A stretch of DNA of 63,894 nt, filler included, from Perkinsus olseni (taxonomy: Eukaryota): NCBI GenBank assembly GCA_013115125.1. It is 9 parts of 9 records of this genome, joined end to end, with 100 filler letters (N's around TTAATTAATTAA, not from the genome) between each part and the next. Parts side by side here need not be neighbours in the genome. Positions count along the whole stretch, not along the records: positions 35,760 to 42,751 come from JABANN010001053.1; positions 42,852 to 49,838 come from JABANN010001054.1; 7 more parts are not named here. One strand, given 5' to 3'. The translations under genes and the position numbers were made by a program. The notes under the pieces were generated by a model. The model saw nothing but the letters and a program-made list of their open reading frames with translations. It made no database searches and was not told the DNA's origin. Positions 36,330 through 48,632 of the stretch are shown piece after piece. Each line of letters starts with the position of its first letter. Within the stretch, counting starts at the first letter, position 1.

Positions 36330-37091
36330 ATGCTCTTCCGTCTCTCTGCTATCGCCTCCGTCTTCAGCGCGTCCCTCGCCGGTGATCTGTCCACCGCTGA
36401 TGGTATGTACTGTGGCAGCGGCAAGTACTGGAGCTCCCTCATGTTCATCGTCAACAGCACTGACGAGACCCTCATCGCCAGCGGCATCGCCAACCTCCCT
36501 TATGCGGCCCCCTGGTATCTCTCGAACATCTCCATTCACATGAACGAGTTAGGCGATGAGATCGTCATCGGCAAGGCCCCGAAGACCAGGGAACCACACA
36601 GCATCGGTGGCTTCGGTTACCGCGTGCCTTCCTGGACGCAAGTGAACTTCGACGTTCGCACTCAGACGATCTCAGCCACCTACAAGGACACTGAGATGAG
36701 GTGCACCCCTGACCAGTGCCCTGAACACCTTCCATCACCCCATGACGACCGCTCTTCCCTTGACGGCTTCTACTGCTGCAGCAGCAAGTATTGGAGAGAC
36801 TTCTTCTTCAGAGTCGACGCCGCGGACGGAACCCTCGATATCAGTGGCATGGCGACCCTCCCGAACTCTGCTCCGTTCTATCTCTCTGGCATCCCCTTCT
36901 CTACGGCCAAGGACGGTACTGTTATTGAGCTCGGCGTCAACGGGCATCAAAGTCGCGCGCTCCGTCACACTATCGGAGGGTTCGGCTACCCCGTCCCTTC
37001 GTGGACGACTCTTCCTTTCGATGCTAACACCAAGACCATCACTGCCACCTATAGAGGTGAGAAGATAAACTGCACCCCGGAGCAATGCTGA
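36330..37091 (+). CDS. Secreted protein with two tandem domains of about 115 aa (GxYC...IGGFGY...W), copy 1
   Basis: Intronless 253-aa ORF with a signal peptide. Internal duplication: DGMYCGSGKYW / DGFYCCSSKYW, and IGGFGYxVPSWT twice. Confidence 0.88.
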   Translation: MLFRLSAIASVFSASLAGDLSTADGMYCGSGKYWSSLMFIVNSTDETLIASGIANLPYAAPWYLSNISIHMNELGDEIVIGKAPKTREPHSIGGFGYRVPSWTQVNFDVRTQTISATYKDTEMRCTPDQCPEHLPSPHDDRSSLDGFYCCSSKYWRDFFFRVDAADGTLDISGMATLPNSAPFYLSGIPFSTAKDGTVIELGVNGHQSRALRHTIGGFGYPVPSWTTLPFDANTKTITATYRGEKINCTPEQC

Positions 37092-38346
37092 AGCAAAAGC
37101 AACGGTGAGTGAGCGGCAAATCTATTTTTAACTCAGCTTAACGAGCCGCGCCTTTCTGACGGGTTCGCTTGCTGAAAGATGCCATTTTCCACTCTTCCGA
37201 GTTATCTACCTCGATTCGCCCTTTTTCTCTGCAGTCGCACTCTACTATTGTCCATTTCAAGGTAGCGTGAGGCTGACAGTTTTTATGCAACTTCGTTGTC
37301 CTCGGCAGATCAGGCTGTGGCTCCTTTGAATTCGTCAATTTTTTGGGAGGCTACGGACTGTTCGGCTGAAAAGCACCGCCGCCACTGAGGAACGCTTCTT
37401 CACAAACGTCTCATTGCGCTGTAGAGAGGGCCTACCTGAGCACATAGGCGTCGAGTCTAACTAAGCCGGAACCGTAAGCATTGGACTATAAACTCACACA
37501 AAGCACTGCCAGTATAACTTGGTTCATACGAGTATTCTGGCTTCGTCCAACGAGGGTGTTTACTCAGTGATCACTGATCTCCTGGTGGACCCACGATGCT
37601 TGTAGTGATGCCAAGCTTGAATACCATCAGTGCTGTCGCCATGCTGACCTTGCTTCTCGTTCGGGACCGTGATGATTGAATTCATCACGCTCTATCGCCG
37701 CTCAGTCGCTAGGAGTGCTGGGTGCGAAGGCGCGCCGAACAGACCACACGCATTGGCATTCATCGCAGTCCGTCGGCCGTGAGACCGCCGTGCACATCCC
37801 ATCATGCGTGACTCGGTGTCACTGTCTCGAACGATCCACTTCATACCGCAGCTCCGCTACCCCGAGGCTTGAAGTTGATGAGCGCGGCAGCTGGAGACTC
37901 CTCGAGTGATGGCGGGTGGTCACAATCCGAAGTGATGATGAGATACATCAGCAGGACGGGCTCGAGTGTCGACTAGCGCGTGACCTTCCTTCCTCCTCGC
38001 GCCCTGTCTCTCGTGCTGGCACGTCTTCGATAGTCGGCAGACCCTCAGTGGTACCATCAGGTGTACCCTAAGCGGGCGGAAGATGCCACTGTAGGGTACA
38101 TTCCCAGCTTTCGGGAGTAGAAAACGCTTCTCATCCCTGGCCGGCGTGACGACTGTGTTCCCGATTTGCGGACGTATCGATCATGCGGGAGCAACGCGAC
38201 GTGACAGATCCTCGCCCACACAAAGTCTGTGGCGTCACCCCCATCTGTTTTCGGGGCTCGTCTTCCATCGACATCCTGTACCATATTGGACCTGTCATTT
38301 TTTCAAAATCCTCCCATAGGATTTTACTCCCCCCACCCTCAGCTCA

Positions 38347-39117
38347 ATGCTCGCCCGTCTCTCTACTCTAGCCTCCCTCTTCGGTGTGTCCATCGCCGGT
38401 GGCCCCGCCTCCCCCAATGGTATCTACTGTGGTAGCAGCGACCACTGGAGTACTCTCGTCCTCATCGTTAACAGCACTGCTGGCACCTTCGCCGCCTCCG
38501 GTACGGCTAACATGCCTGATGCTGCCCCGTGGCATCGTGGTGACATACACTTCCACATGAACCCGTCCGGCAGCGAGATGGTCGTCGAAGATAAGAAGCG
38601 AGGGAACATCGGTGGTTTTGGATATCCGCCCCCAACGTGGACAGAGCTGCGCTTCGACTCGGGCGCGCAGGCTATCATAGCTCCCTACAGGGAGACGACC
38701 ATGGTCTGCACCCACGACCAGTGCCCCGGTAGCTCAGGAGCTAACAACAAGCAGTCCGGTTCTGATGGTTTGTACTGCTGCTGCAGCAGCAGATACTGGA
38801 GCTGGGTTCAATTCAGGGTTGACGCTAGTCACAAGATGATCGACATTAGTGGTGTCGCGAGGAAGAACGGGGCTGCCCCGTGGCATATCTCTCATGCTCC
38901 CTTCTATATGGCCAAGCACGATAGTGTCATTGTCCTCGGTGTCAATGGTGAAAGCCGCCGCTCGCTCCGTAAAAATATCGGTGGTTTTGGCTACAATCCG
39001 CCCTCATGGAAGACCCTGGCCTACGACGTTTGTACCAACACCATCACTGTCACTGGCCATAGAGGCGAGAAGATACAACTTAACCCGGAGCTGTGCCCCA
39101 ATATCGGACCCCAGTGA
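38347..39117 (+). CDS. Secreted two-domain protein, copy 2
   Basis: 256 aa with the same architecture and motifs as copy 1. Confidence 0.88.
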   Translation: MLARLSTLASLFGVSIAGGPASPNGIYCGSSDHWSTLVLIVNSTAGTFAASGTANMPDAAPWHRGDIHFHMNPSGSEMVVEDKKRGNIGGFGYPPPTWTELRFDSGAQAIIAPYRETTMVCTHDQCPGSSGANNKQSGSDGLYCCCSSRYWSWVQFRVDASHKMIDISGVARKNGAAPWHISHAPFYMAKHDSVIVLGVNGESRRSLRKNIGGFGYNPPSWKTLAYDVCTNTITVTGHRGEKIQLNPELCPNIGPQ

Positions 39118-40411
39118 GTCATTCACTTTGGTATGGCGGGCGTGGACCTAGTGGTCACGACCGTTGCTGTTTTCCGTTTTAAACGAAGTGCCGTTTCTGG
39201 CATATTCATCGTAGCTTGATGACCATTCTCGATCCCAAGACAGGGCGAGGTGGCAGTTTTTATGCAACTTGGTTGCTCTTCACGCGGTACATACCGGACA
39301 TTGAGGTTGAGTTCGTGAATCAAGACGGGTGATTAAGAGTAGTAGCATTATTGTCGTGTTGGCAGCGACCTCGGACGCTTCTTAAAGTCCGCCCTGTGTG
39401 CAGTTTTCCCCGACTCTGGAGTCCAGTCTGGACCCTCTCCCCGCCCACTTTCATGCGTACTGCAAGATGTCAGGATGCTTCCAGGTGTATCACGACTGTT
39501 GTAGCCGAAAAATTGTGGGAAATCAACTCAGCTCACATTCCATCACATTCATCCTCCGTAGTTCAATACTCTTAGGTGTGGCCGATTAACATCCAGTAGA
39601 CGGATACCAGCGGGCCGGCTTCCCCAGGTGCCACGATGGAGCAATTTCATTGATAAGGTCGAGTTTCGGTCACTGAGCCTCTACCCCAGCCCACTGCGCC
39701 GAACGGCCTTAGATCCGGAGAAACGGGCAGCGACCGTCTAAGGATTCTCCAATTCGACATCTCTCCGGAGGATGCCCGTGTTCCGCGACTAGCCAAACGG
39801 GACATTCGCGTTGGCCGCTCGGCCTCTCTTGTCCCCTCCCAACGTCACTGGTCATCGTCGCTCACCATTGATGTTGCCAACGCAACGCGATGGCAGGCTA
39901 CCGAGGACGGGGCGATCGTTTGTCGTGTAAAATAGTCAAGAAACAGCGCAGTCCGTCGAGAATGGTAAACAGCACAGATCTTCGTGGTCTTTGAGGACGA
40001 CGCGGGCCTTGCACGCACGAGTCGAGGGACATCAGCCTCCACAACACCTCTCATGCTTTGCGCTTCCGAGGAGATACCGTATGATCCCCATCGTGTGGCT
40101 TCATCGAAATCACGCATATTCGCGGCCGGCTGGTGCTGTGTTCTCGTGTTGACTCTAGTGCTCAGATCGAGTTGACACAACCGTGACGGGACCCCGGCAC
40201 GGCTAGTTCATACCCGACCGGAACCCTACAACAGGCTCTCCCTCGCCACGCAATGCATTTCGGTTACTGTAAGGCCATACGTGATCTGTTATTCAGCTGT
40301 GGATGATTCGCTGTGATTGGATTACCGATTGAGATTCACTTCATCAAGAACTGGGAGCTGTGTTGTCTAGTAAATCATTCATAGGAATAGGCCACACACC
40401 GCCATCGCACG

Positions 40412-40454
40412 CAAGCGCATGTTGCGGCAACATTGTTGCCGCAACATGCGCTTG
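40412..40454. repeat. Perfect palindrome, 21-bp arms, 1-nt centre
   Basis: caagcgcatgttgcggcaaca-t-tgttgccgcaacatgcgcttg. Confidence 0.95.
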
Positions 40455-40918
40455 AAGGGCACCGAGCGGGCATGTCGAACCTCGCTGGGGGCGGCCCTCA
40501 CTCAACTTGCTGGAGACGATCGCGAACACCGACCGGTGTTTTCACTCGAGTTCACAGCGGAAGGATTGCTGGCGCTCGCCCGTGTCACGTCAAGGGACAG
40601 CATCTCCCTCAGCGCCGCTCTCCCCTAGCGTCTTGTGCTCACACGCCCTGAGTAGCCCGCAGATCCTCAGACGGGTGGGGGATGGCGCTGTTCGAACGCT
40701 TTCCCAACTCGGAAGTAGGATCCTCTCCTCATCCCTGGCTCATGTAACGACTTTGTTTCCTGGGCTTCCCGCCGATACGATTGCCGTATTCGCTTGGACT
40801 GTCCAGCTCGCCGTCCTCATGGAAATGTGCATGACAACGCATAGTACGGCAACTCACGGCCTCACCCTCGGTGATCGTCGCCCTCCCGTAGGCTTTTCCC
40901 CCTCCCACCCTCAGCTCA

Positions 40919-41701
40919 ATGCTCGTCCGTCTCTCTACTCTTGCCTCCCTCTTCGGTGTGTCCATCGCCGGTGGCCCTCCGTCCCCCAATGGTATCTACT
41001 GTGGTAGCAGCGACCACTGGAGTACTCTCGTCCTCATCGTTAACAGCACTGCTGGCACCCTCACTGCCTCCGGTACGGCTAAGGTTCCCGATGATGCCTC
41101 ATGGACCCTCGCTGACGTCCCCTTCAAAATGGACGCTTTCGGCACTGAGATGATCATCAGTGTGGCCCCGATGTCCATCAGAGCTTTTGAGTTGGTAACC
41201 GCTCCAGTCATCCCTCCGCCTTTCGGATACCAGTTAGGGTTCGACACTCTCAAGCAAGCTATCGTGCCAACTTATGATGGTACTCAACTCTCATGCACCA
41301 CCGATCAATGCCCCGGCGGCCATGCCTCTGACGACGAGGCGTCCGGCCCCAAGGGTGTCTATTGCTGCAGTAACAAGGACTGGAATTATTTACAGTTCAA
41401 GGCCTACAAGCGTGACGGAGAGGCGGGCCTCCTCGACATCAGCGGCGAGACAAAGTCCTCTGGCTTCACAGGGCTGCCGATGTATGGTGTCCCCTTCTAC
41501 ATGGCCAAGGAGTCTCTAATGGTGCTCGGACTGAACTCGGTAAGGCGCTCACTCCGTCACAGGACCGGAGGTGTCGACCGCCCTCGCCAGTCATTGAAGA
41601 CTCTGGCATTTGATGCTAACACCAAGACCATCACTGCTTTCTACGGGGGCGAGAAGATAGACTTTACCCTGGAGAAGTGCGAAGACACCGGTTCTCAGTG
41701 A
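40919..41701 (+). CDS. Secreted two-domain protein, copy 3 (most diverged)
   Basis: 260 aa. The N-terminus is nearly identical to copy 2; the IGGFGY motifs are degenerate. Confidence 0.85.
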   Translation: MLVRLSTLASLFGVSIAGGPPSPNGIYCGSSDHWSTLVLIVNSTAGTLTASGTAKVPDDASWTLADVPFKMDAFGTEMIISVAPMSIRAFELVTAPVIPPPFGYQLGFDTLKQAIVPTYDGTQLSCTTDQCPGGHASDDEASGPKGVYCCSNKDWNYLQFKAYKRDGEAGLLDISGETKSSGFTGLPMYGVPFYMAKESLMVLGLNSVRRSLRHRTGGVDRPRQSLKTLAFDANTKTITAFYGGEKIDFTLEKCEDTGSQ

Positions 41702-42751
41702 GAATTACCAACATATTTAGTGAATCCCATTTATGTGGTGCAACGAGCTCTTCTCATGGTCGTTGATTTAGTGGCGTCCGGTGTCTTCTTCTTTCCTCGT
41801 CGGCGCTCATCAATGATGGGCCGTATATTTTTGGATGATCATTGGTGGGCATCGGTAATCCGACCCGCTTGCGATGGCCGACTTCAGTCGGTCCTCTCCG
41901 GCGCTAGGTATGTGCTTGCGTGCTGATTCGAGCACGCTGCTTTTGCTCGGGCCGGGCAATGGCCGTTTTATTCTTATTCAACTCTGATCGTATCTCTCCT
42001 AGGTCTGAGAGCTAGTCTATGATGAACGCTTTCGGTGATTTCGTTCATGGCCGCGGGTTGTGCGGCAAATGATGGTGGCGGAAATTAGTCTGTCTTTTTC
42101 GGCACTAGGTGTGCTTGCGTGCGTCTGTGGGTATGCGTACTTGCGGCTCGCGCGGGCTGTGATGATTCTGTTGACAGTTCCACTCTGGTTATCACGTGTC
42201 GGAGTGGGCCGATCATTGTGATCATCCAACTCCGAGTGAGGATTCGTGACTCCTCCAGTTGATCTCTACATTTATCCGTATACTCATTATCAGACTTTGC
42301 GAGGAAAGTAGCGAGGAAAGTAGCAGAGGATAAGATGGCTGGATACCCTAGTAGCGCGGCCAAGACTTCTATATGTTGTGTACTACGAAGTTCGCATTTT
42401 ACGGTATCACTTCTTCGGTCGTGGTTTGTGATGCCAACGTGCTTCAGAGGTTCTTGATCTTCGGTCCTACTTCGTGACTATCGCTCCGATATGGACAATG
42501 TTCCAATCGGCGGGATATACGGCAGCTAGCGAAGGCTGAGATATCTTCCGGGGATGCGCAGAGTCGTTCGCACAGTCAGCTCAGTCCGCGGGTCGTTTGA
42601 GACCCTGAGAATATTCGATTATATTGAGTTGTACTACTCTCACTACTTGTCACATAACGACGGATGTGGAGCTTGAGTTTGTTGCCGAACCCCTTCGCCG
42701 CCCGCTCCACTCGGACTTGGGAGAACACTAGACACATTGGACATAGAGGTA

Positions 42752-42851
42752 NNNNNNNNNNNNNNNNNNNNNNNNNNNNNNNNNNNNNNNNNNNNTTAAT
42801 TAATTAANNNNNNNNNNNNNNNNNNNNNNNNNNNNNNNNNNNNNNNNNNNN
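42752..42851. other. Artificial contig spacer 6
   Basis: 44 N + TTAATTAATTAA + 44 N. Confidence 0.97.
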
Positions 42852-42921
<70 letters not shown>

Positions 42922-43014
42922 CTCCTGCTTGATAACCTTCCTTTCATCATTGATCTCCTCTAAGGCTTGTGTAGCTTCCCTAATAACCATACCTCTCCTC
43001 ATCCCCCCAATCGC

Positions 43015-43060
<46 letters not shown>

Positions 43061-44046
43061 CTTATCATTATCCTAGCATTATCTCTCTCCTTGATCTGCA
43101 CTTCCACTTGCCCCTCTAACAGGACTATATCCTCATTCTTGCCTTTCAATGCTCTAGTTAGTTCATCTATCAGTAACTACAACAACAGCAGCATCGTCAT
43201 TACTACCCATACCCCTTCCCTCCCTCCTCACATCCTGTTGTGCCTTATCCTTCTCCACTACTTGTACATTAGTCTCCCCTTTATATGCAGCCCTCTTCTT
43301 CAAGGCAATATTACCTTGAAGATCCTCCCTATACCTCTTCAATTGCTCTACTACATGCAGTACCTGATATAAACACTCTCACCAATGCCATCACCACCAC
43401 CACCCCCTCCACCATTACTACTACTACTACCCTATTCCTCTCCTCCCTAACCTTCTCTAACATCAGCACCTGATCCCTCGTGTCCCTACTAACTCTATCA
43501 TACTCTTCTATCAACACCTCAGTGCGTTCCTTGACCTTTTTCACTAACCATCCATGATGACATAACATCACCACCGTTAGTATTATTATATTACCTTTAT
43601 CGTCGGTATCCTCCCTATTATGATTGGCCTCCTCAATATTACTCTGTAATGAGCCTAATTGTTGTTGGAATGTATATAACTGTGCGCCAAGTTCCTCCCT
43701 ATGCTTCCTCAACCTCCTCCCCTCTTCCTCCTTGTCTCTGATGTAACACTCATACTACTACTACTACCATCGCCATCGCCATCGCTGTCGACATTAACTA
43801 CACTTACTTTAATACAATACTAATCCTATTCAGCTTCCTCATCATCCTATTCAATAGTGCTGTCTGTAATGGTGCCATCAATGCATGGTTAGGCTGAGGT
43901 TATCGTGGTCACCATAATGATACTTGATAGCAGCAGCAGCAGCTCGGTATTACCCCGAGAAAGTCTATCATGTCCTCTTCTTCCTCCTCCTCATGTTCAT
44001 GATTACTAATCGGCCGATCGTCCACTGGGGATGATGATAATGACAT
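42852..44046 (-). CDS. CCDC40: 5' exons of the axonemal ruler protein CCDC40/FAP172, truncated at contig end
   Basis: PNHALMAPLQTAL and REELGAQLYTFQQQLGSLQ resemble the conserved CCDC40 segments PDHPLMxRFQxAL and RQELGVxLYxVQQ. Confidence 0.75.
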
Positions 44047-44223
44047 AATAATAAATGATAATAACTTGAGGTGGGAGGTGGAGGGGCGACTTGGCGAAGG
44101 GAAGAGGAGGAACTCGAAGATGGCGGTGGAATGAAAGAAGAAGGCTTCCACAATGATACCATATCCTCATCACCATTCATGATGATCATGAGCAATATTA
44201 CAACGATACTACAACATGACAGT

Positions 44224-47200
44224 TCATGATAATATCACTACTTTCTTCATGTTGTTAGTAGTACTGGGTGGTGGGGGTGGGGGTAAGCATACGCACATCC
44301 TCGCTGTCGATGGATGGGATGTTAGACAGCTCGGGGCACCATGATCAGTCACTAAGCACTGTCCAAAGGTGTGCAGACCACCATCCAGTACCTAACAGCA
44401 GCTGGTAGGGTTGTTGTTGTTGTTGGAGGGGGGGCCTTCATACATAGGCCGGCAACTCTAACCCTAGTTGATGGCCACACCCTTGTTCACAGGGGAAGTG
44501 CGTTAACCTAATGCTGATGATAAGAAGAGTAGTGTTGGTGGTGGTGGTGGTGGTGGTGGTGTTGTTGGTATTACATAACATGACAATCATTACCAAACTC
44601 CAATAGATGATCGTAACATACCATATCATTGTTATTATGGCAAGCATCATTACACGATACCCCTCTGGACGCTGATAGATAGGTCATTAACGGAGGAGGG
44701 GTTAGACTGATATTATTAGGTAACCATTGATGGCCACTACGACGGTCTATGAAGATGAGTCTGATGATGACAGAGGGCTGCTAGCTGAGTAGTAGCAGGT
44801 TGATGGTGTAGGGTAAGCATGCATGGGGTGCATGATAGTAGTATTACCTTGTCGTCCTTGCAGCATGTATATTAATGATAACCACCCCTTTGTGTTGGCC
44901 ACGGAAATAGTTAGGGAATAGATTCAACCTCTGTTGTATGATAGGATACTCCTCCCTCAAGTACGGTATCTACCACCACCACCTGGTGCTGGCGCTGGTA
45001 AGGTGCTACTACCACTACCATGTATATCCTGTCCATTGGCACCAACCCTCCAGCATTGTTATCAGCAGCCTGCTGTTGTCCTTGGATGAGGATATTAGAT
45101 AGTTGATCTAGTGTACTGGGTATGGCCAATGATATCATCTTCCTCAATGCCTCATCATATTCCCTTATCATCATCCCTCCTCCTCCTCCTCCTCCTCCTA
45201 CCACTCCTCTCCCGCTACTCAATGCCATCCTTTGATATATACCAGCTTGGTCAGCTGCATGCACGTTAGACCCCTCCACTGCTATATGACGAGATCTCGG
45301 TACCTCTGGGTATATACACTCCCTCCCTTCGTGTGTTGTACCTACTACTACTACTACTACTACCATCGATAGGACGAGCGTTGAGGGTGGGGTTACTGAG
45401 CCTCATCCAATGGTCCCATCCAGTAGTGGGGGCATTAGGCCACTTCCATCTTATCCTGTCCCATAACGATCGATGGGCCATCCACCCCAACCCTACCACC
45501 ACCATCACTGCTACTCATGCCCTACCCATCAGCATTACTACCAGGAAAGAAGTGAGTACGGAATAGTGTGGTCTCATTGGTGGCATACTCGATAAAGCCA
45601 TTATCATTCCACCCGCTGATACAATACAGGCTGTCATCATCTTGTAGCAACCTAATACTGAGTACTACCATGCAGGTCTCGTCACTGCTGCTGCTACTAC
45701 TTGGCGGTGTTAATGAATAGGGTGAGGAAGTCGGGAGCGAAGATGAGGTCATTCTCTACCATAATAACATAATCATGTTGATGGACAGTATACACCTGTT
45801 CCAATGCATAACGATAATGTGCTGCTATCTTGGATGATGGTAGGGTATCATAGGCTGTTAATGGTGGTATCAATGGCCTGTGCCATACACCTACCATAAC
45901 AATGACAATACTATCATCAACATCAGTAGTGATGATGATGAGGACCTATCCTCCTGCCGTGCTGCCTCTCCTTGTCTCTTATTACACCCTCCATTCTATT
46001 AAAGGCACTCACCTCGTCCAATGATACATACCTGATAATAATACCAGTAGTGTTGATGGTATTGTTAAGAGTACATAGTGAATAGTTGTATACCATCTAA
46101 AGCCAGTAAGGACTCTAAACATGAGGCGAGGTACTGTTCTCTATCATGGGCCATTACCTGATATCATCATCACACTGATAACAATGCTAGTATGCTGATA
46201 ACAGGAGTAGGAGGCAGCGGCAGTACTACTACTACTACTACTACTACTACCACAATAGCACTATTCTTTAATACTGGATGCTGTCCACTACCCTTGGTTA
46301 CATCAGTCGTAACCTCACCACTCACACCCGGCGCCTGCCGGTACGCTAAGCATCCTCGACGATGATGTGGTACTACCAGTGCTGTTGCTGCTGATGATGA
46401 TGATTGTAGTGGTGTTGGGCATGTCTTAACATAGCTAACCTCACCCTCGGTGGATGTAGCTAGATATGGTGTACCAGCCCGTACTGTACCTGGGAGGGTT
46501 ATGCTACTGGTACTGCGGCAATGAATGGAATCGATATTACACCCTCCTCCTCCTCCTCCTCCTCCTCCTCCTGTAGTTGTTGATGGGGGGCAAGTAACCC
46601 CTTTACAATACCACCCAAATGCTATACACCTCTTGAATGCATCATGTAGCATCGTGTATGATGTTTGGTCATTACCAGCATATTCACCCAAGTATGATGA
46701 TGTATGCATCAGGAATGTACCTTTATCAAGACACCAGGCTTCCTGTCATTATAGCCACCACCACCAACAACAACTGCAACTTACATCCATCAATAACGAT
46801 GGTCATGCTGTGATTACTAGTAGTGGTGAGTGGAGCAGAAGGTGATGTATCCTATATTGTTATTAACACAGCTAGTCCCACACCACTGCTGCCAATGGCT
46901 ACTACCTTCATTCTAATAATACTCCGTCTTGAGGATGGTAGTTTTGTCGTTGTTGTTCTTGTCGTTGGAGGGAATGTCGTTAGAAGTTGGTGATGGTGTC
47001 CAGGTAACCTCTTCTTCTTCGTCTCTGTTGTTCTTGTTATCTTACCATACCTCAGTGTATAACCATCATCAACCTAAGCTGGCACCACTCATGTACCAAC
47101 ACCTCAACATCAGCTACCGCCACAGTGTGTATCAATCTTGCCGTAGTAGTAGGATAGTGTTCGAGAGAGGCGGTGGACAGATGGTACGCAGTGTACCTAC

Positions 47201-47347
47201 ACTTACTCATGGATGTAGGTCATTATGATAATAGTACATTATTAGTAGTATAACATAGAGGATAGCAGCTATAGTAACCTTAATGATGAGGCTACTACTA
47301 CTAGTAGTAGTACCACTCCTTCCCCTACTCCTACGTATAGCTCTCAT
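44224..47347 (-). CDS. GT13 (GnT-I/POMGNT1-like) type II membrane GlcNAc-transferase with extra Cys-rich domains, multi-exon
   Basis: N-terminal basic tail plus TM segment. Motifs KIAAHYRYAL, VIMVENDLIFAPDF, DSLYCISGWNDNG, RTHFFPG-LGWM, WDHWMR and GRECIYPEVPRSRH. Confidence 0.88.
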
Positions 47348-47446
47348 AAGACATGGATCATAAGAACAACTAGTTTGGATGATGATGATGTATTAACAAC
47401 ATAAGACTATATCGATCATCATTAACACACTGCATGATGACAACTA

Positions 47447-48632
47447 CTATGCCGTAGTAGATGTACGCATCCTACCCATACCAGCTGATGATGCTAATGA
47501 TGGTCTCCCTCCTCCTCCTGTTGGGGAGGTTTCTCTTAGACCACCACCTATCATCATCATACTATTAGATAATGACGTTGTTGTCGAGGATGACGTTGAT
47601 GATGATGTGATGCCTTGCTGTGCGGCGGCTGCTGCTAGTGCACCATAACTACCACCGCCAGTATTAGTGTTGTTATTATTATTACCTTTCTGTATTTGTA
47701 GTAACAGACTAGGATTCTTAAGTTTAACAATAGCATGGAAGTCCTGCAGTCTAGCCTGTGATGCATTGAGCTTACTCTTCAACGCGTTATACCTATTATC
47801 CACCACAACGTATGAGTAGGGTACACCTTGGGTATGGCTGATGACCTATAGGTGATGTGCTGTCGTATAACAGTGTCGGGTGATGCTATGAACTCGGCGC
47901 TGAGCAACTCTATGAACTTATACCTATTATAAGTACCATCATCAACCTCACCCCCAGTGTTGTTATTACTCCATATTCTGCACAAAGTCCAACCTAGCAG
48001 TACCATCCCTTGCCATAACCAGTACACCAAGGAAGGCATGGGGCTCTGAGGGTATGATGATGATGGTTACCATGGCGGCAGCGTCGGTGGTGGTGTTACC
48101 GGCTATACAGGAGTTACACATCTTTATGAAGACATTAACATACTCATTGAACTCTATCATCAGCTTTTGCTCCTCTTGTATGTCCCCTACAACAACAGCA
48201 GCTCCATCATTGATGTCATTGGTGGTGTTGTTGGTATTATTACTAAACTGCATCTCGGCCAAGGAGTGTGTATAATGGAAGAATATATCATTCTCCGAGG
48301 TTAACTCCACCCTACAGTGCCTGAAGGACCCCTCATTCTCTCCTAGTATCATAACCTTGCATCGGATAGCTTCCAATGTACCAACATCAACAGGAGGAGG
48401 AGGGTTGCCTTAGGACAACAACAGGTATTCATAAGATGATGCTATTACTACTACTACTACCCTCCTCCCCTTCCCCTGTAGTCTTCCTAGTCATTGACAA
48501 AACCCTCAGCTCCAATGGTATCTCCCTATCATAAACTACATGATGACCCTCTGATAGTGATGGGTCAACAACCACCACCAACTGCTGCTGCTGTTGAGTA
48601 ATCATGTCATCATAGTTGGAAGAGGGGATCAT
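47447..48632 (-). CDS. SAS6L: SAS6-like protein (SAS-6 N-terminal domain, short tail), multi-exon
   Basis: DPSLSEGHHVVYDREIPLELR, RVELTSENDIFFHY, QEEQKLMIEF, ARLDFVQNME-YKFIELLS, RYNALKSKL and KNPSLLLQIQK. Confidence 0.88.
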
